DNA of 64,000 nucleotides from Acidobacteriota bacterium (GTDB taxonomy: Bacteria > Acidobacteriota > UBA6911 > RPQK01 > JAJDTT01). Both the position numbers and the translations under genes were made by a program. Of this stretch, positions 46,418-56,528 are shown piece after piece. A model generated the notes under the pieces. The model was not told the origin of the DNA, did no database searches, and saw only the letters and a program-made list of their open reading frames with translations. How positions within the stretch are numbered: the first letter of the stretch is position 1; each line of letters begins with the position of its first letter. The DNA lies in NCBI GenBank assembly GCA_965263035.1, contig OZ253580.1:1392196-1456195 (forward strand), written 5' to 3'.

Positions 46418-47837
46418 CACCATTGCCCTGCTCCCGGAGATCCTTCTGGCCGTGGCCGGCATTCTGCTCATGTTGGCCATTCCCGTCCTTCCGTCTCGCC
46501 ACCAGGTTCGACTGGGATACGCCGCCTCGCTGATCCTGGCCGCAGCGCTGGTCGTCGCTCTGCTCCAATGGGGCGATCACGGCCCCGCCTTCTTCGGCAT
46601 GGTGTCCATGGACCCGTTGGGCGGCGGCGCCAGGATCCTGTTTCTGGTCTCCAGCGCAGCGGTTGCCCTGATTTCGGTCTCCTACCTGAAGCGGGAGCAG
46701 TTGCGGCACGGCGAATACTTCCCTCTCCTGCTGATGGCGACGGTGGGGATGTCGCTCATGGCCGTGAGCGCCGACCTCATCATGACCTTCCTGGGACTGG
46801 AGATCCTTTCCATCTCCAGCTACGTCCTGGCCGGCTATCGCCGGGGGGATCCCAGGTCGAACGAGTCGGCCCTCAAGTACTTCCTGCTGGGGGCATTCTC
46901 CACGGCGTTCATGCTCTACGGGATCGCCCTCCTTTACGGCGCGACGGGATCGACGAAATATTCCAGGATCGCCGAGTCGGCGACCCAGGGACAGGCGGAC
47001 CAGGCTACTTTTCTCGTGGGTCTCGGACTGCTTTTGGTGGGATTCGGCTTCAAGGCGGCCCTGGCGCCGTTGCACGTCTGGACTCCGGACGTCTACCAGG
47101 GAGCCCCGATTCCCATCACCGCCCACTTGGCAGTGGGCTCCAAGGCGGCCGTCCTGATCACGCTGCTGCGCCTCCTTCATCAGGTATTCCCGGAGAGCGC
47201 CGACCAATGGCAATACCTGCTCTGGATCGCCAGCGCCGCGACCATGATCATCGGCAACGTGGCGGCACTGACCCAGACCGACGTCAAGCGCCTCCTGGCC
47301 TATTCCTCCATCGCCCACGCCGGTTACATCCTGCTCGGCGTCATCGCCAACAGCCCGCGGGGCGCCCAGGGGGTTCTCTTCTATCTGGCGGCGTACTCCC
47401 TCATGACGCTGGGAGCGTTCGCCGTGGTGCAGGTCTTCTCCCGCCGGGACGAGCAGTTCACCTCGCTCGAGGACTACCGGGGGATCGGCTATCGCTATCC
47501 GCTTCTGAGCGTCTCCCTGACCATCTTTCTCCTCTCCCTGATCGGAATCCCGCCGACAGCGGGATTTTATGGAAAGCTCTTCCTCTTCTCGGCCGCAGTC
47601 GAGGCGGACCTGATCGCCCTGGTGATTCTGGCGGTGCTGGCCTCGGCCGTGGGACTCTACTACTACCTGCAGCTCATCGTCCTGATGTTCATGAAGGAGG
47701 CGTCCTCGCCGCCGGAGCCCGTTCCGATACCTCTGGCGGCACGGATCGTGATACTACTAATGGCCGCTGGAACCCTCTACCTGGGGGTCTACCCGGCGCA
47801 GGTTCTTTCCATTGCCGGGGAGGCAGCAGGATTGTGA
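46407..47837 (+). CDS. nuoN: NADH-quinone oxidoreductase subunit N.
   Basis: Antiporter-like subunit with HVWTPDVYQGAPIPITAHL. Confidence 0.85.
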   Translation: MSLNTIALLPEILLAVAGILLMLAIPVLPSRHQVRLGYAASLILAAALVVALLQWGDHGPAFFGMVSMDPLGGGARILFLVSSAAVALISVSYLKREQLRHGEYFPLLLMATVGMSLMAVSADLIMTFLGLEILSISSYVLAGYRRGDPRSNESALKYFLLGAFSTAFMLYGIALLYGATGSTKYSRIAESATQGQADQATFLVGLGLLLVGFGFKAALAPLHVWTPDVYQGAPIPITAHLAVGSKAAVLITLLRLLHQVFPESADQWQYLLWIASAATMIIGNVAALTQTDVKRLLAYSSIAHAGYILLGVIANSPRGAQGVLFYLAAYSLMTLGAFAVVQVFSRRDEQFTSLEDYRGIGYRYPLLSVSLTIFLLSLIGIPPTAGFYGKLFLFSAAVEADLIALVILAVLASAVGLYYYLQLIVLMFMKEASSPPEPVPIPLAARIVILLMAAGTLYLGVYPAQVLSIAGEAAGL

Positions 47838-48298
47838 AGGAAGCCAAGGCCAAGCTGGAACAAGAGGTCCGGAAGTTGGAGCGCGAGCTGCGCGAGGAAC
47901 TCCCCGCGGCGCTCAAGAAAGCGTTGCAGATGGGCGATCTCCGGGAGAACGCCGAGTACCAGGCCGCCAAGGAACGGCAATCCTACGTCCAGGCCCGGCT
48001 GTCCCATCTGCAACAACGGCTGGCCAGCTTCTCCCTGATCAATCTGAGCAAGATTCCCACCGGTCGTATCTCCTACGGTTCCACCGTGGTCCTTTTCGAC
48101 CTGGACACCGAAGCCGAGGTGACCTACCGGCTGGTCACCAGCGAGGAGTCGGACGTCAAGGCCGGCAAGATCTCCACCGCCTCTCCCATCGGTCGCAGCC
48201 TGCTGAACCGGGAAGAGGGGGACGAGGTTCAGATCCGGACCCCCGGCGGGACCAAGAACTACGAGATCATGGAGCTCACGACCATCCACGACGAGTAG
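47834..48298 (+). CDS. greA: Transcription elongation factor GreA.
   Basis: N-terminal coiled coil with GDLRENAEYQAAKERQ and a C-terminal FKBP-like domain. GTG start overlapping the nuoN stop. It is the 3' part of a longer track ORF in the same frame. Confidence 0.8.
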   Translation: MKEAKAKLEQEVRKLERELREELPAALKKALQMGDLRENAEYQAAKERQSYVQARLSHLQQRLASFSLINLSKIPTGRISYGSTVVLFDLDTEAEVTYRLVTSEESDVKAGKISTASPIGRSLLNREEGDEVQIRTPGGTKNYEIMELTTIHDE

Positions 48299-48381
48299 CT
48301 TTGGCGAAGGCCCTGCGCAGCCATTGCCGCAATCTCCGTCCAGAGGGTCCGCTCGCCGCACCGTAGAGGGGCTGGCTAGGA

Positions 48382-50843
48382 CTGCCCTATACCCACAAAT
48401 AGTGCTGGACAAACAAGAATGCCTGTCGTAGTCTTCACGACATGGTAGTTCAGAACCAGATCAAGCGCACCTTGAGCCGAGAGTTGGATCGTTTGCACGC
48501 CGTGATGAGGCGGGAGAAGTTCGCCCACCGGACGGCGCTGGCGGACCGGGTCTGCTCGGAGTTTGGATTTCACGATGCCCGAGGGCGGGCGCAACGGAGC
48601 GGCTGCCTGAAGGCGCTCCGGGAGCTGGAGGCGGGCGGACGGATTCGTCTGCCGACGCCGCGACGGCGGGTGAACCATTGCGGGCCCCGAGGACTGGGCC
48701 GTGCGGTGCCGGAGCCGGTCGGGGTGCCCGAGACGGTGGACGGCGTGCGGGAGCTGGAGTTGATTCTGGTGGAGACGGGTCCGCAACGAGCGCTCTGGAA
48801 CGAGTTGATGGCGCGAGAGCATCCACGGGGCGCGGGGCCGTTGGTGGGTGCTCAACTACGCTATCTGGTGGGCTCGGCCCACGGCTGGCTGGGGGGCTTG
48901 GGGTTCGGGGCGGCGGCGTTGCGGTTGCGGGACCGGGACCGCTGGATCGGATGGGATGAGGAACAACGCCGGGCGCACCTGCACCGGGTGGTGGGGCTGA
49001 GCCGGTTTCTGATCCGTCCGTCAGTGAGGTGTCGTAATCTGGCCTCCCGGGTGCTGGGGGAGGTGTTGCGGCGGCTGGGTCCGGAGTTCCAGGCGCGCTA
49101 CGGCTACCGTCCCTGGCTGGTGGAGACCTTCGTGGAGACGGCTCGCCACGATGGGGCCAGTTTGCGCGCCACGAACTGGAGGGTTCTGGGGCAGACGCAG
49201 GGTCGAGGCCGGCAAGATCGGGCGCACCGGGGTGCGGAGACGAGCAAGGCGATCTATGGGTATGAGTTGTGCCGGGATTGGCGGCGGCGGTTGGGGGTGG
49301 GACCGGCGCCGAGGCGGGGAGTGGAACCGATGTCGGAGGGCGAGGGACTGGAGGGAGCGGGCTGGGCTCAGCAGGAGTTGGGCGGGGCGCCGCTGGGAGA
49401 CCGGCGCTTGAGTCGGCGACTGGTGGAGAGTGCGCACCGACAGGCGCAGGAGCCGGGGCGGGCGTTCACGGGAGTGGCGCGGGGGGATTCTGCGGCGGTC
49501 AAGGGATACTACCGGCTGATCGACCAGCCGGAAGCCTCGGCGGTGACGGTGTCCAACATCCTGGCCCCGCACCGGGAGCGGACCCGGCAGCGGATGCAGG
49601 GGCAGCGGACGGTGCTGTGCATCCAGGACGGGAGCGATCTGAACTTCACGCGGCACGGCCGGTGTGAGGGACTGGGAGTGATCGGGCGCAACCAGACGGG
49701 AGCGACGGCGCGGGGACTGCATCTGCACGCGACGCTGGTGGTGAGTGAGACGGGGCTGCCGCTGGGGGTGTTGCGGGCGAAGCTGGACGCGCCGAAGCCG
49801 GGACCGGTGGCCACGCGGAAAAAGAAGAAGACGTATCGCTGGATCGAGGGACTTCGGGACTGCGCCGAGGTGTCGCGGTCCCTCGACGGGGTGCGGGTGG
49901 TCAGCGTGGTGGACCGGGAGGCGGATTTTTTCGCACTGTTCGCCGAGCAACGAGCGTCTCCGGAGGTGGAGTTGCTGGTGCGTGCGAAGCAGGATCGGGT
50001 GCTGAAGAGGAAGACCCCGGCGAAGGCGGCCGGGAAAAGCGCGGATCCGGACCCGGAGCAGAAGCGGAAGCTGTTCGGGCGCCTGCGATCGGCGCCGGTG
50101 CGGGCCCGGATGCTGCTGGAGGTGAAGCGTCAGAGTGCGCGGATCAAGGCCAGCAAGCAGGCGGCCCGCCCGCGGCGGCTGGCGCGGGTGGCTCGGATGG
50201 AACTGCGCTACGAGACCCTGACGATTCCGGCGCCGCGCGGGAACCCAACCGGCATCCCGTCGCTGAGACTGTCGGTGGTGCACGCGCGGGAGGTCGCGCC
50301 GCCGGCGCAGGGGAAGCGCCTGGAATGGTTCCTGCTCACCACCCTGCCGGTGACCGATGTCGAGACGGCGCAGCAACTGCTGAGATGGTATGCGCTGCGC
50401 TGGCGGGTGGAGGATTATTTCCGGGTGCTCAAGACCGGATGCCGGGTACAACAGCTCCAGCACCAAACCGCCGAACGTCTGAAACGGGCCATCGCCATGC
50501 ACGCCGTCATCGCCTGGCGGATCATGCTGATGACGCTGTTGGGGCGAGAGGACCCGGACCTGCCGGCGCAATTGTTGTTTTCCGATCTGGAAATCCGGGT
50601 CCTGGGGGCGTTTGCCGCGTCGCGAGGATTCCCAGCGCCGGAAGACCTGGGGGCGGCCGTGCTCGTGCTGGCCCGCCTGGGAGGATATCTGGCTCGTAAA
50701 CACGACTCCCCACCTGGGCATCAACTGATGTGGCAGGGCTACGTCACGCTCTACGGCATGTGTCTGGGCTTCGCTTTACGAGAAGAAACATGAATGAAAC
50801 CGGACGGCTAATTTGCCCTGTGCAATATGTGGGTAAAGGGCAG
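48382..50843 (+). mobile_element. IS4/Tn5-like insertion sequence, copy 3.
   Basis: 8-bp TSD GGCTAGGA at 48374-48381 and 50844-50851. The right TSD overlaps the start of MITE copy C. Confidence 0.9.
48442..50793 (+). CDS. Fusion transposase, copy 3.
   Basis: 783 aa. It differs from copy 4 at ~2 positions. Confidence 0.85.
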   Translation: MVVQNQIKRTLSRELDRLHAVMRREKFAHRTALADRVCSEFGFHDARGRAQRSGCLKALRELEAGGRIRLPTPRRRVNHCGPRGLGRAVPEPVGVPETVDGVRELELILVETGPQRALWNELMAREHPRGAGPLVGAQLRYLVGSAHGWLGGLGFGAAALRLRDRDRWIGWDEEQRRAHLHRVVGLSRFLIRPSVRCRNLASRVLGEVLRRLGPEFQARYGYRPWLVETFVETARHDGASLRATNWRVLGQTQGRGRQDRAHRGAETSKAIYGYELCRDWRRRLGVGPAPRRGVEPMSEGEGLEGAGWAQQELGGAPLGDRRLSRRLVESAHRQAQEPGRAFTGVARGDSAAVKGYYRLIDQPEASAVTVSNILAPHRERTRQRMQGQRTVLCIQDGSDLNFTRHGRCEGLGVIGRNQTGATARGLHLHATLVVSETGLPLGVLRAKLDAPKPGPVATRKKKKTYRWIEGLRDCAEVSRSLDGVRVVSVVDREADFFALFAEQRASPEVELLVRAKQDRVLKRKTPAKAAGKSADPDPEQKRKLFGRLRSAPVRARMLLEVKRQSARIKASKQAARPRRLARVARMELRYETLTIPAPRGNPTGIPSLRLSVVHAREVAPPAQGKRLEWFLLTTLPVTDVETAQQLLRWYALRWRVEDYFRVLKTGCRVQQLQHQTAERLKRAIAMHAVIAWRIMLMTLLGREDPDLPAQLLFSDLEIRVLGAFAASRGFPAPEDLGAAVLVLARLGGYLARKHDSPPGHQLMWQGYVTLYGMCLGFALREET

Positions 50844-50845
50844 GG

Positions 50846-51012
50846 CTAGGAGCCTGCGCGGCAGAAATTGATCTACTGCGAAAGCGGTAGAATCGGTCCA
50901 TATTTCCTCGATTTCTCGGCGAATAGAACAACTATGCACCTCCAAATCGAGAAAATCTGGCCTCGATTCCCCACTTTCTCGCTACGATCATTTCTACCGC
51001 GCAGACTCCTAG
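50846..51012 (+). repeat. MITE-like repeat, copy C.
   Basis: Identical in organisation to copy A. CTAG at 50846-50849 and 51009-51012; the latter contains the stop codon of the downstream methyltransferase gene. Confidence 0.85.
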
Positions 51013-51533
51013 ACCTCGCCGTAGACCTCCGCAAGGGCCTTGTTCTCGACCCGGATGCGCGTACGGAGCGCTAGCAGGTTCAGCACGGATGCGATCACTG
51101 CCAGTGTCCACGCGCCGAACATCAGCGGCACCACGGCGATCTCGCCGCAAACGATCAGGTAATTCGGGTGGTTGACGTAGCGGTACGGCCCGGCCCGAAT
51201 GCGTTTGGCGCCGGGCACGACCATGACGCGAGTCGTCCATCGCGAACCCAGGGTCACGACCACCCACACCCGCCCGCACTCCAGCAGGACGAAGACGGCC
51301 AGCAGCGGGATCGACACCGGCGTCTGCGGATCGATGGTGCCAAGCAGCGCCAGCAGCCAGCCGGCGTGCAGGGCGACAAGCGCGGGATAGTGCCGCCGGC
51401 CGAACTCGATCGCCCCCCGAGCCACCAGCGCCCGATGGTTGCGCCGTGCGATGCCCAGTTCCACGAGACGCTGAAAAACCAGAAAGCCGATGATCGCGTA
51501 CAGGGGGCTCATGGGAAACGAGCTCAGCATCAC
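51009..51533 (-). CDS. Isoprenylcysteine carboxyl methyltransferase (ICMT)-family membrane methyltransferase.
   Basis: Multi-TM ~170-aa protein with the C-terminal RVENKALAEVYGE-type motif of ICMT/phospholipid methyltransferase family enzymes. It overlaps the PKS gene by 4 bp. Confidence 0.7.
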   Translation of the reverse strand: MMLSSFPMSPLYAIIGFLVFQRLVELGIARRNHRALVARGAIEFGRRHYPALVALHAGWLLALLGTIDPQTPVSIPLLAVFVLLECGRVWVVVTLGSRWTTRVMVVPGAKRIRAGPYRYVNHPNYLIVCGEIAVVPLMFGAWTLAVIASVLNLLALRTRIRVENKALAEVYGEV

Positions 51534-52585
51534 ATCGACTGCAGTAGCAGGAATCCGGCCGAAAACCCCGGGCCCAGGCTGGTCAACAGGTGCCGTTTCG
51601 CCGTGCGGTCCCTGAGCATGCGGTCGAGTACGAACAGCACGGTCGCGGCCGACATGTTGCCGTAGTCACGCAAGACCGCCCGCGACTCTTCGAGCCCCCC
51701 GGGCGGGAGGTCGAACGCCTCTTCGAGGGCGTCAAGCACCTTGGCGCCGCCGGGGTGGCAGACGAAGCTGTCGATATCGCGAAGACCCAGGCTCCGGGTG
51801 GAAAGAAATTCCTCCGTTGCGCGCCGCATGCGCGAACGGACGAGGTCGGGAATACTGCGCGAGAACACGACCCCGAACCCGTCATCGGCCACGTCCCAAC
51901 CCATGATGTCGAGCGAATCAGGCCACGTGTATTCGCCCCACGAGGAGATCGCCGGTCCCGGTCCGTCATCCGTCAGCAATACCGCCGCGGCGCCGTCACG
52001 GAACAACGCCGTGGCGACGAGGTTCCGAACGGATCGATCGCGGCCACGGAACGTGAGGGTGCAGAGTTCTACGACCAGGAACAGAACGCGACTGCCAGGA
52101 GAAGCCCGCGCACAAGCGGCGGCGCGCGCCAGCCCCAGCACGCCTCCTGCGCATCCCAGACCGAAGATCGGCAGTCTTTGCACGTCGCGGCGAAACGGCA
52201 GCTCGGTCATGAGCCTGGCGTCCAGGCTGGGCGTAGCGATGCCGGTCGTCGAGACGGTGACGATCAGGTCGATGTCGCCGGGGTCGGTGTTGCCGGCGGC
52301 CAGGCACTCGACGGCCGCGTCTTTCAGCAGGGCCACCGCATTTTCGAGGTACAGCCGGTTCTTCTCCGCGAAGCCGTGCCCGGTTTCCCCGTACCAGCTT
52401 CTGGGCAGGCAGCAATACCCTTCTCCGATCGCCGCGTTCTCGTAAACATCAAGCAGGCGATCCAGGCCCGCGACGCTGCCGGCAAAGAAACTGGCACCGA
52501 AATCCCTGACCTCGTCCTGGGTTATCCGGTGGGACGGAACCGCCGTCGCGATCGACCTGATTCGCGGACCCGATTCTGCCGTCAC
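51530..52585 (-). CDS. Type III polyketide synthase (chalcone/stilbene synthase family).
   Basis: Catalytic Cys in GLGCAGG, His in CHPGGAKV, Asn in GNMSAATVLFVL, and the GPGFS C-terminal motif. Confidence 0.85.
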   Translation of the reverse strand: MTAESGPRIRSIATAVPSHRITQDEVRDFGASFFAGSVAGLDRLLDVYENAAIGEGYCCLPRSWYGETGHGFAEKNRLYLENAVALLKDAAVECLAAGNTDPGDIDLIVTVSTTGIATPSLDARLMTELPFRRDVQRLPIFGLGCAGGVLGLARAAACARASPGSRVLFLVVELCTLTFRGRDRSVRNLVATALFRDGAAAVLLTDDGPGPAISSWGEYTWPDSLDIMGWDVADDGFGVVFSRSIPDLVRSRMRRATEEFLSTRSLGLRDIDSFVCHPGGAKVLDALEEAFDLPPGGLEESRAVLRDYGNMSAATVLFVLDRMLRDRTAKRHLLTSLGPGFSAGFLLLQSM

Positions 52586-52860
52586 CGGAACCCCTCCTCC
52601 AGTCCAGTTCTCATCGGGAAATCCTCAAGTTATTGATAAATAAGGGATAAGAAGGCGTTTTCAAGTTCCGGTTCCAGCCTGATCATGGGTTAGGCCATTG
52701 GCGACAGATTAAAGACAACAAACGACTTGCACAAGACCGAGTGTTTGATCTTGCGTCGCCACCGGAAAAACCAACTTCGACTGACCAGCCCCTGGCCGGA
52801 CCAAGCGCAACAAGATCCTATAGCTCGCCACCATCCACGATGAAAAGGTCTTGGTTTCTA

Positions 52861-54036
52861 CTATCGTAGCGGGGGGCTCCAGATCGTCGCTCCGATGTAG
52901 CGCTCGGGGCCGGAGGCCTCGTCGGTGAAGTAGTACACCGCGACCACCTTGCCGTCCGGTCTCTGCACGGCTCGGACGTAGCCGATGTCGCGGCTGGCGC
53001 CGTCGTCGCGGAGCGTGACGGGTTCGCTCCAGGTCCGGCCACCGTCGCTACTGAGCACCGCACGAATGCTGTAGGGCTCGGCCCGGTAGCCGTAGAGCAG
53101 GCAGATGCGGCCGTCCCGCAGCCGGATCATGGCGGGCGGGTTGCCGACGCCCGTGTCGGAGACGGCGTCGTTGATGTACTCCCAGGTCGCACCGTTATCG
53201 GTGGACAGGTAGGTCGCGATCCACCGCCTGGGCCCTTCGCGATCGCGGACCGTCACCAGGATGTCGGTTTCGCTGAGCCGCAACGAGGCGGGCATGATGG
53301 AAAACCCCTCCTCCGGCTCGGGGGCGATCCAGGAAAGGAACTTCCAGGTCTTGCCGCCGTCGGTGGTGCGGACACAGAGGGGGCGGCCCTCCCTGCCGTT
53401 GGGCTTCGCGGCCGTGATGAACAGGGTGGAGGTTTCTTGGCCGTCGACGATGTAGTCCGTTCTGGGGGCGATTCCGGGAGTATCGAAGCTGGGTAGCCGG
53501 AACGGGCCGTCCCAGGAGCGCCCGCGGTCGTAGGAGTAGAACACCCGGCCGATTCCGGCGTGAATGCTGTTGGTGCGGACCGTCAGCGCGAAGTCGGGGT
53601 GGGTGAAGTCGATGCCGCCCTCGCTCTCCCGCAAGGGAGGGATGGTCACGCCCGGCCGCGTGACTCCGTGCAGATACCCCCCCTCGGTGAGCAGGTACCC
53701 GTTGGCGCCCGGATCCTCCAGCGACCAGGTCTCACCGCCGTCGAGGCTCCTGGCCAGCATGGGAATCTCGGGTTTTTCGCGATCGATGTGGTGGCTCAGA
53801 CCCTGATCCTTGTAGTAGCCCATGCCGAATCCGACGAGAATCTCCTCATCCCAGATCCAGATCCCGTGGTTGGCCGGCCACCCGCCGAACATGCCTTTCT
53901 CGAAGTAGACCTTGACGTGGCGGGGCTCGTCCGCCGGCTCCGCACCCTCACTGCTCGATCCCGAGTCGCCAGGGACTGTGCAGGCAACGGCCCCGATCGC
54001 CAGCACGCCTGCTGCGGCAATGTTTCTCCAAGTCAT
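52861..54036 (-). CDS. BNR/Asp-box repeat sialidase-like lipoprotein.
   Basis: Lipobox-like AIGAVAC signal. Five Asp-box repeats: SLDGGETW, SYDRGRSW, TTDGGKTW, STDNGATW, SSDGGRTW. Confidence 0.75.
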   Translation of the reverse strand: MTWRNIAAAGVLAIGAVACTVPGDSGSSSEGAEPADEPRHVKVYFEKGMFGGWPANHGIWIWDEEILVGFGMGYYKDQGLSHHIDREKPEIPMLARSLDGGETWSLEDPGANGYLLTEGGYLHGVTRPGVTIPPLRESEGGIDFTHPDFALTVRTNSIHAGIGRVFYSYDRGRSWDGPFRLPSFDTPGIAPRTDYIVDGQETSTLFITAAKPNGREGRPLCVRTTDGGKTWKFLSWIAPEPEEGFSIMPASLRLSETDILVTVRDREGPRRWIATYLSTDNGATWEYINDAVSDTGVGNPPAMIRLRDGRICLLYGYRAEPYSIRAVLSSDGGRTWSEPVTLRDDGASRDIGYVRAVQRPDGKVVAVYYFTDEASGPERYIGATIWSPPLR

Positions 54037-54246
54037 GGGATCCTCCATCTCTTCTTCACATTTCGCCCGAAGCCTATACCGGAATACCCGCCGCCGAACA
54101 TACGGATCCCGGTCAGTGTTGACAAGGCGTGGCGGGTCCCTGTCTTTGGGGTTGGCCGTAGAACGTCCAGGATCGGGCAAGAGTAGAGCCCCTGATCAAC
54201 GCTCCATGCCCAAGCCCGGCAATCTGCTACATTCAATGGACCCGAC

Positions 54247-56358
54247 ATGAACCACAGCCAGATCGCCAGCTTCATTTGGGGCGTGGCGGACCTGATCCGC
54301 GACACCTTCAAACGCGGCAAGTACCAGGACGTGATCCTGCCGCTCACCGTGCTGCGCCGGCTCGACTGCGTGCTGTCCCCTACGAAACCAAAGGTGCTGG
54401 AAGTCCAGGCCAGATTCAGGGGCAAACTCGAGAACCTCGACCCACTGCTTCGGCGCGCCTCCGGATTCGCCTTCTACAACACGTCCCGCTACGACTTCGA
54501 GAAACTGCTCGCCGACGCGCCTCACATCGCGCAGAACCTGCGGAACTACATCGCCGGGTTCAGCCCCAACATGCGGGAGGTGCTGGAGAAGTTCGACTTC
54601 GACAACACCATCTCCAAGCTCGACGAGGCGGGCCTCCTCTTCCTGGTCATGCAGCGGTTCGGCGACCCGAAGGTGAACCTCCACCCGGACGCCATCGACA
54701 ACTTCACCATGGGCACGATCTTCGAGGAGCTCATCCGTAAGTTCAACGAGGCGCTGAACGAGAACCCCGGCGAACACTTCACGCCCCGCGATGTGGTCCA
54801 TCTCATGGTGGACCTGATGCTGGCCGGTGACGAGGAAGAACTGCGCAAGAAGGGCGTTGCGCGGAGCGTCTACGACCCTTGCTGTGGCTCAGGCGGCATG
54901 CTCACCATCGCCAAGGAGCACACGACCCTCGGCGAGATACGAGAGGGCAAGCGGCTGGGCGACCCCGTGAACCCGGACGCTCACATCCACCTGTTCGGCC
55001 AGGAGGTGAACCCGGAAACGTTCGCGATCTGCAAGTCCGACCTCTTCATGAAGTCGAAAGACGGCCGCGACGCGAAGAAGATCCTGTTCGGGAGCACGCT
55101 CTCGAACGATCGGCACGCCGGAACCGGCTTCGACTACATGATCGCCAATCCTCCCTACGGCAAAGACTGGAAGCGCGACCAGGACGCAGTACGGGGCGAG
55201 CACGATCGAGGCGCTGCCGGCCGCTTCGCACCGGGCCTGCCGCGGATCAGCGACGGCCAGCTCCTGTTCCTGCTGCACATGCTCGCGCACGCCAAAGAAC
55301 CGGCCCAGGGCGGCTCCCGGGTGGCCATCATCATGAACGGCTCGCCGCTCTTCACCGGCGACGCCGGCAGCGGCGAGAGCGAAATCCGCCGCTGGATCCT
55401 TGAGAACGACCTGCTCGAGGCGCTCATCGCGCTGCCCGAGCAGCTCTTCTACAACACGGGGATCGCCACCTACGTCTGGGTGCTCACGAACCGGAAACGG
55501 CCCGAGCGGCGCGGCAAGGTCCAGCTCATCCACGCCACGTCGTTCTGGGTCCTGCTGCGAAAGAGCCTGGGCGCCAAACGCCGCGAAGTCCCGTTCGACC
55601 GCAAGGAGGACGTCCTGCGGCTGCTGGAGGACTTCGAGGACGGCGCGACCCGCAAGGTGGACGATAACGGCGAGGAACGGGAGGTGGTCGTCAGCCGCAT
55701 CTATCCCACCACCCGGTTCGGCTTTCGCAAGATCACGGTGGAACGGCCGCTTCGGCTCGATTTCCAGGCCAGCCCCGAGCGGATCGCGCGGCTCGACGAC
55801 CAGCGCGCCTTCGTCAACCTGGCCCGGTCCCGCAAGAAGGGCCCAGCCAAGGCCAAGGACGAGGCGGCGGGCCGCGAGAAGCAGGCCGCGATCCGCGCCC
55901 TCCTCCGTAGTCTGCCCGACCGGCTCTTCCTGGATCGGGCTGTCTTCGAATCCGAACTCTCCCGGGCAACGCAAACTGCCGGGCTGAAACTCACCGCGCC
56001 TCTAAAAAAAGCCGTGCTCTCCGCCCTGTCCGAGCGAAACACCGAAGCCGCGGTCTGCCGGGACCGAAAGGGCCGCCCGGAGCCCGATCCGCAGCTCCGC
56101 GACACGGAGAACGTGCCTCTCCTGGAGGACGTAGAGTCGTTCTTCGAGCGCGAGGTGAGGCCCCACGTTCCCGACGCCTGGATCGATTCTAAGCGCCGGG
56201 ACCCCCAGGACGGAAAGGTCGGGCTTGTGGGCTACGAGTTCAACTTCAATCGCTACTTCTACGAATACCGACCGCCCCGTCCCTTGGAGGAGATCGAGGC
56301 CGACATCCGGCGGGTGGAGAAGGAGATCGCGGCGATGCTGGAAGAGACGCGCGGTTGA
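54247..56358 (+). CDS. hsdM: Type I restriction-modification N6-adenine DNA methyltransferase subunit M (long form).
   Basis: HsdM_N start MNHSQIASFIWGVADLIRDTFKRGKYQDVILPLTVLRR. SAM motifs DPCCGSGGML and NPPYG. ~200-aa C-terminal extension. Confidence 0.85.
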   Translation: MNHSQIASFIWGVADLIRDTFKRGKYQDVILPLTVLRRLDCVLSPTKPKVLEVQARFRGKLENLDPLLRRASGFAFYNTSRYDFEKLLADAPHIAQNLRNYIAGFSPNMREVLEKFDFDNTISKLDEAGLLFLVMQRFGDPKVNLHPDAIDNFTMGTIFEELIRKFNEALNENPGEHFTPRDVVHLMVDLMLAGDEEELRKKGVARSVYDPCCGSGGMLTIAKEHTTLGEIREGKRLGDPVNPDAHIHLFGQEVNPETFAICKSDLFMKSKDGRDAKKILFGSTLSNDRHAGTGFDYMIANPPYGKDWKRDQDAVRGEHDRGAAGRFAPGLPRISDGQLLFLLHMLAHAKEPAQGGSRVAIIMNGSPLFTGDAGSGESEIRRWILENDLLEALIALPEQLFYNTGIATYVWVLTNRKRPERRGKVQLIHATSFWVLLRKSLGAKRREVPFDRKEDVLRLLEDFEDGATRKVDDNGEEREVVVSRIYPTTRFGFRKITVERPLRLDFQASPERIARLDDQRAFVNLARSRKKGPAKAKDEAAGREKQAAIRALLRSLPDRLFLDRAVFESELSRATQTAGLKLTAPLKKAVLSALSERNTEAAVCRDRKGRPEPDPQLRDTENVPLLEDVESFFEREVRPHVPDAWIDSKRRDPQDGKVGLVGYEFNFNRYFYEYRPPRPLEEIEADIRRVEKEIAAMLEETRG

Positions 56359-56491
56359 CGCCGACCCGTCTGCGGCGGCTGCGGGCCAAGCAGACCGAGA
56401 GGAGACTGTCGCCGCTCCCCGTCAGTCTCCTTCGTGCGATTCACAGCAGTTGACACGCACTCGACGCCACAAGACTTCCGGTTCTACCTCC

Positions 56492-56520
56492 TTGACACAC
56501 ACCATGTGTGGCTCTAGGAT
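56492..56520 (+). promoter_or_regulatory. Sigma70-like promoter with an embedded operator-like inverted repeat for the VapBC-like pair.
   Basis: TTGACA (56492-56497), a 17-bp spacer and TAGGAT (56515-56520). The spacer contains CACAC-CAT-GTGTG. It sits immediately upstream of the antitoxin ATG at 56529. Confidence 0.4.
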
Positions 56521-56528
56521 CACGGACC

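Noticed and set aside
42936-47318. Long minus-strand ORFs (689, 410 and 398 aa).
   Set aside because: They are antisense to nuoL/M/N, whose sense-strand identity is unambiguous.
54889-55974. 361-aa minus-strand ORF.
   Set aside because: It is antisense to hsdM.
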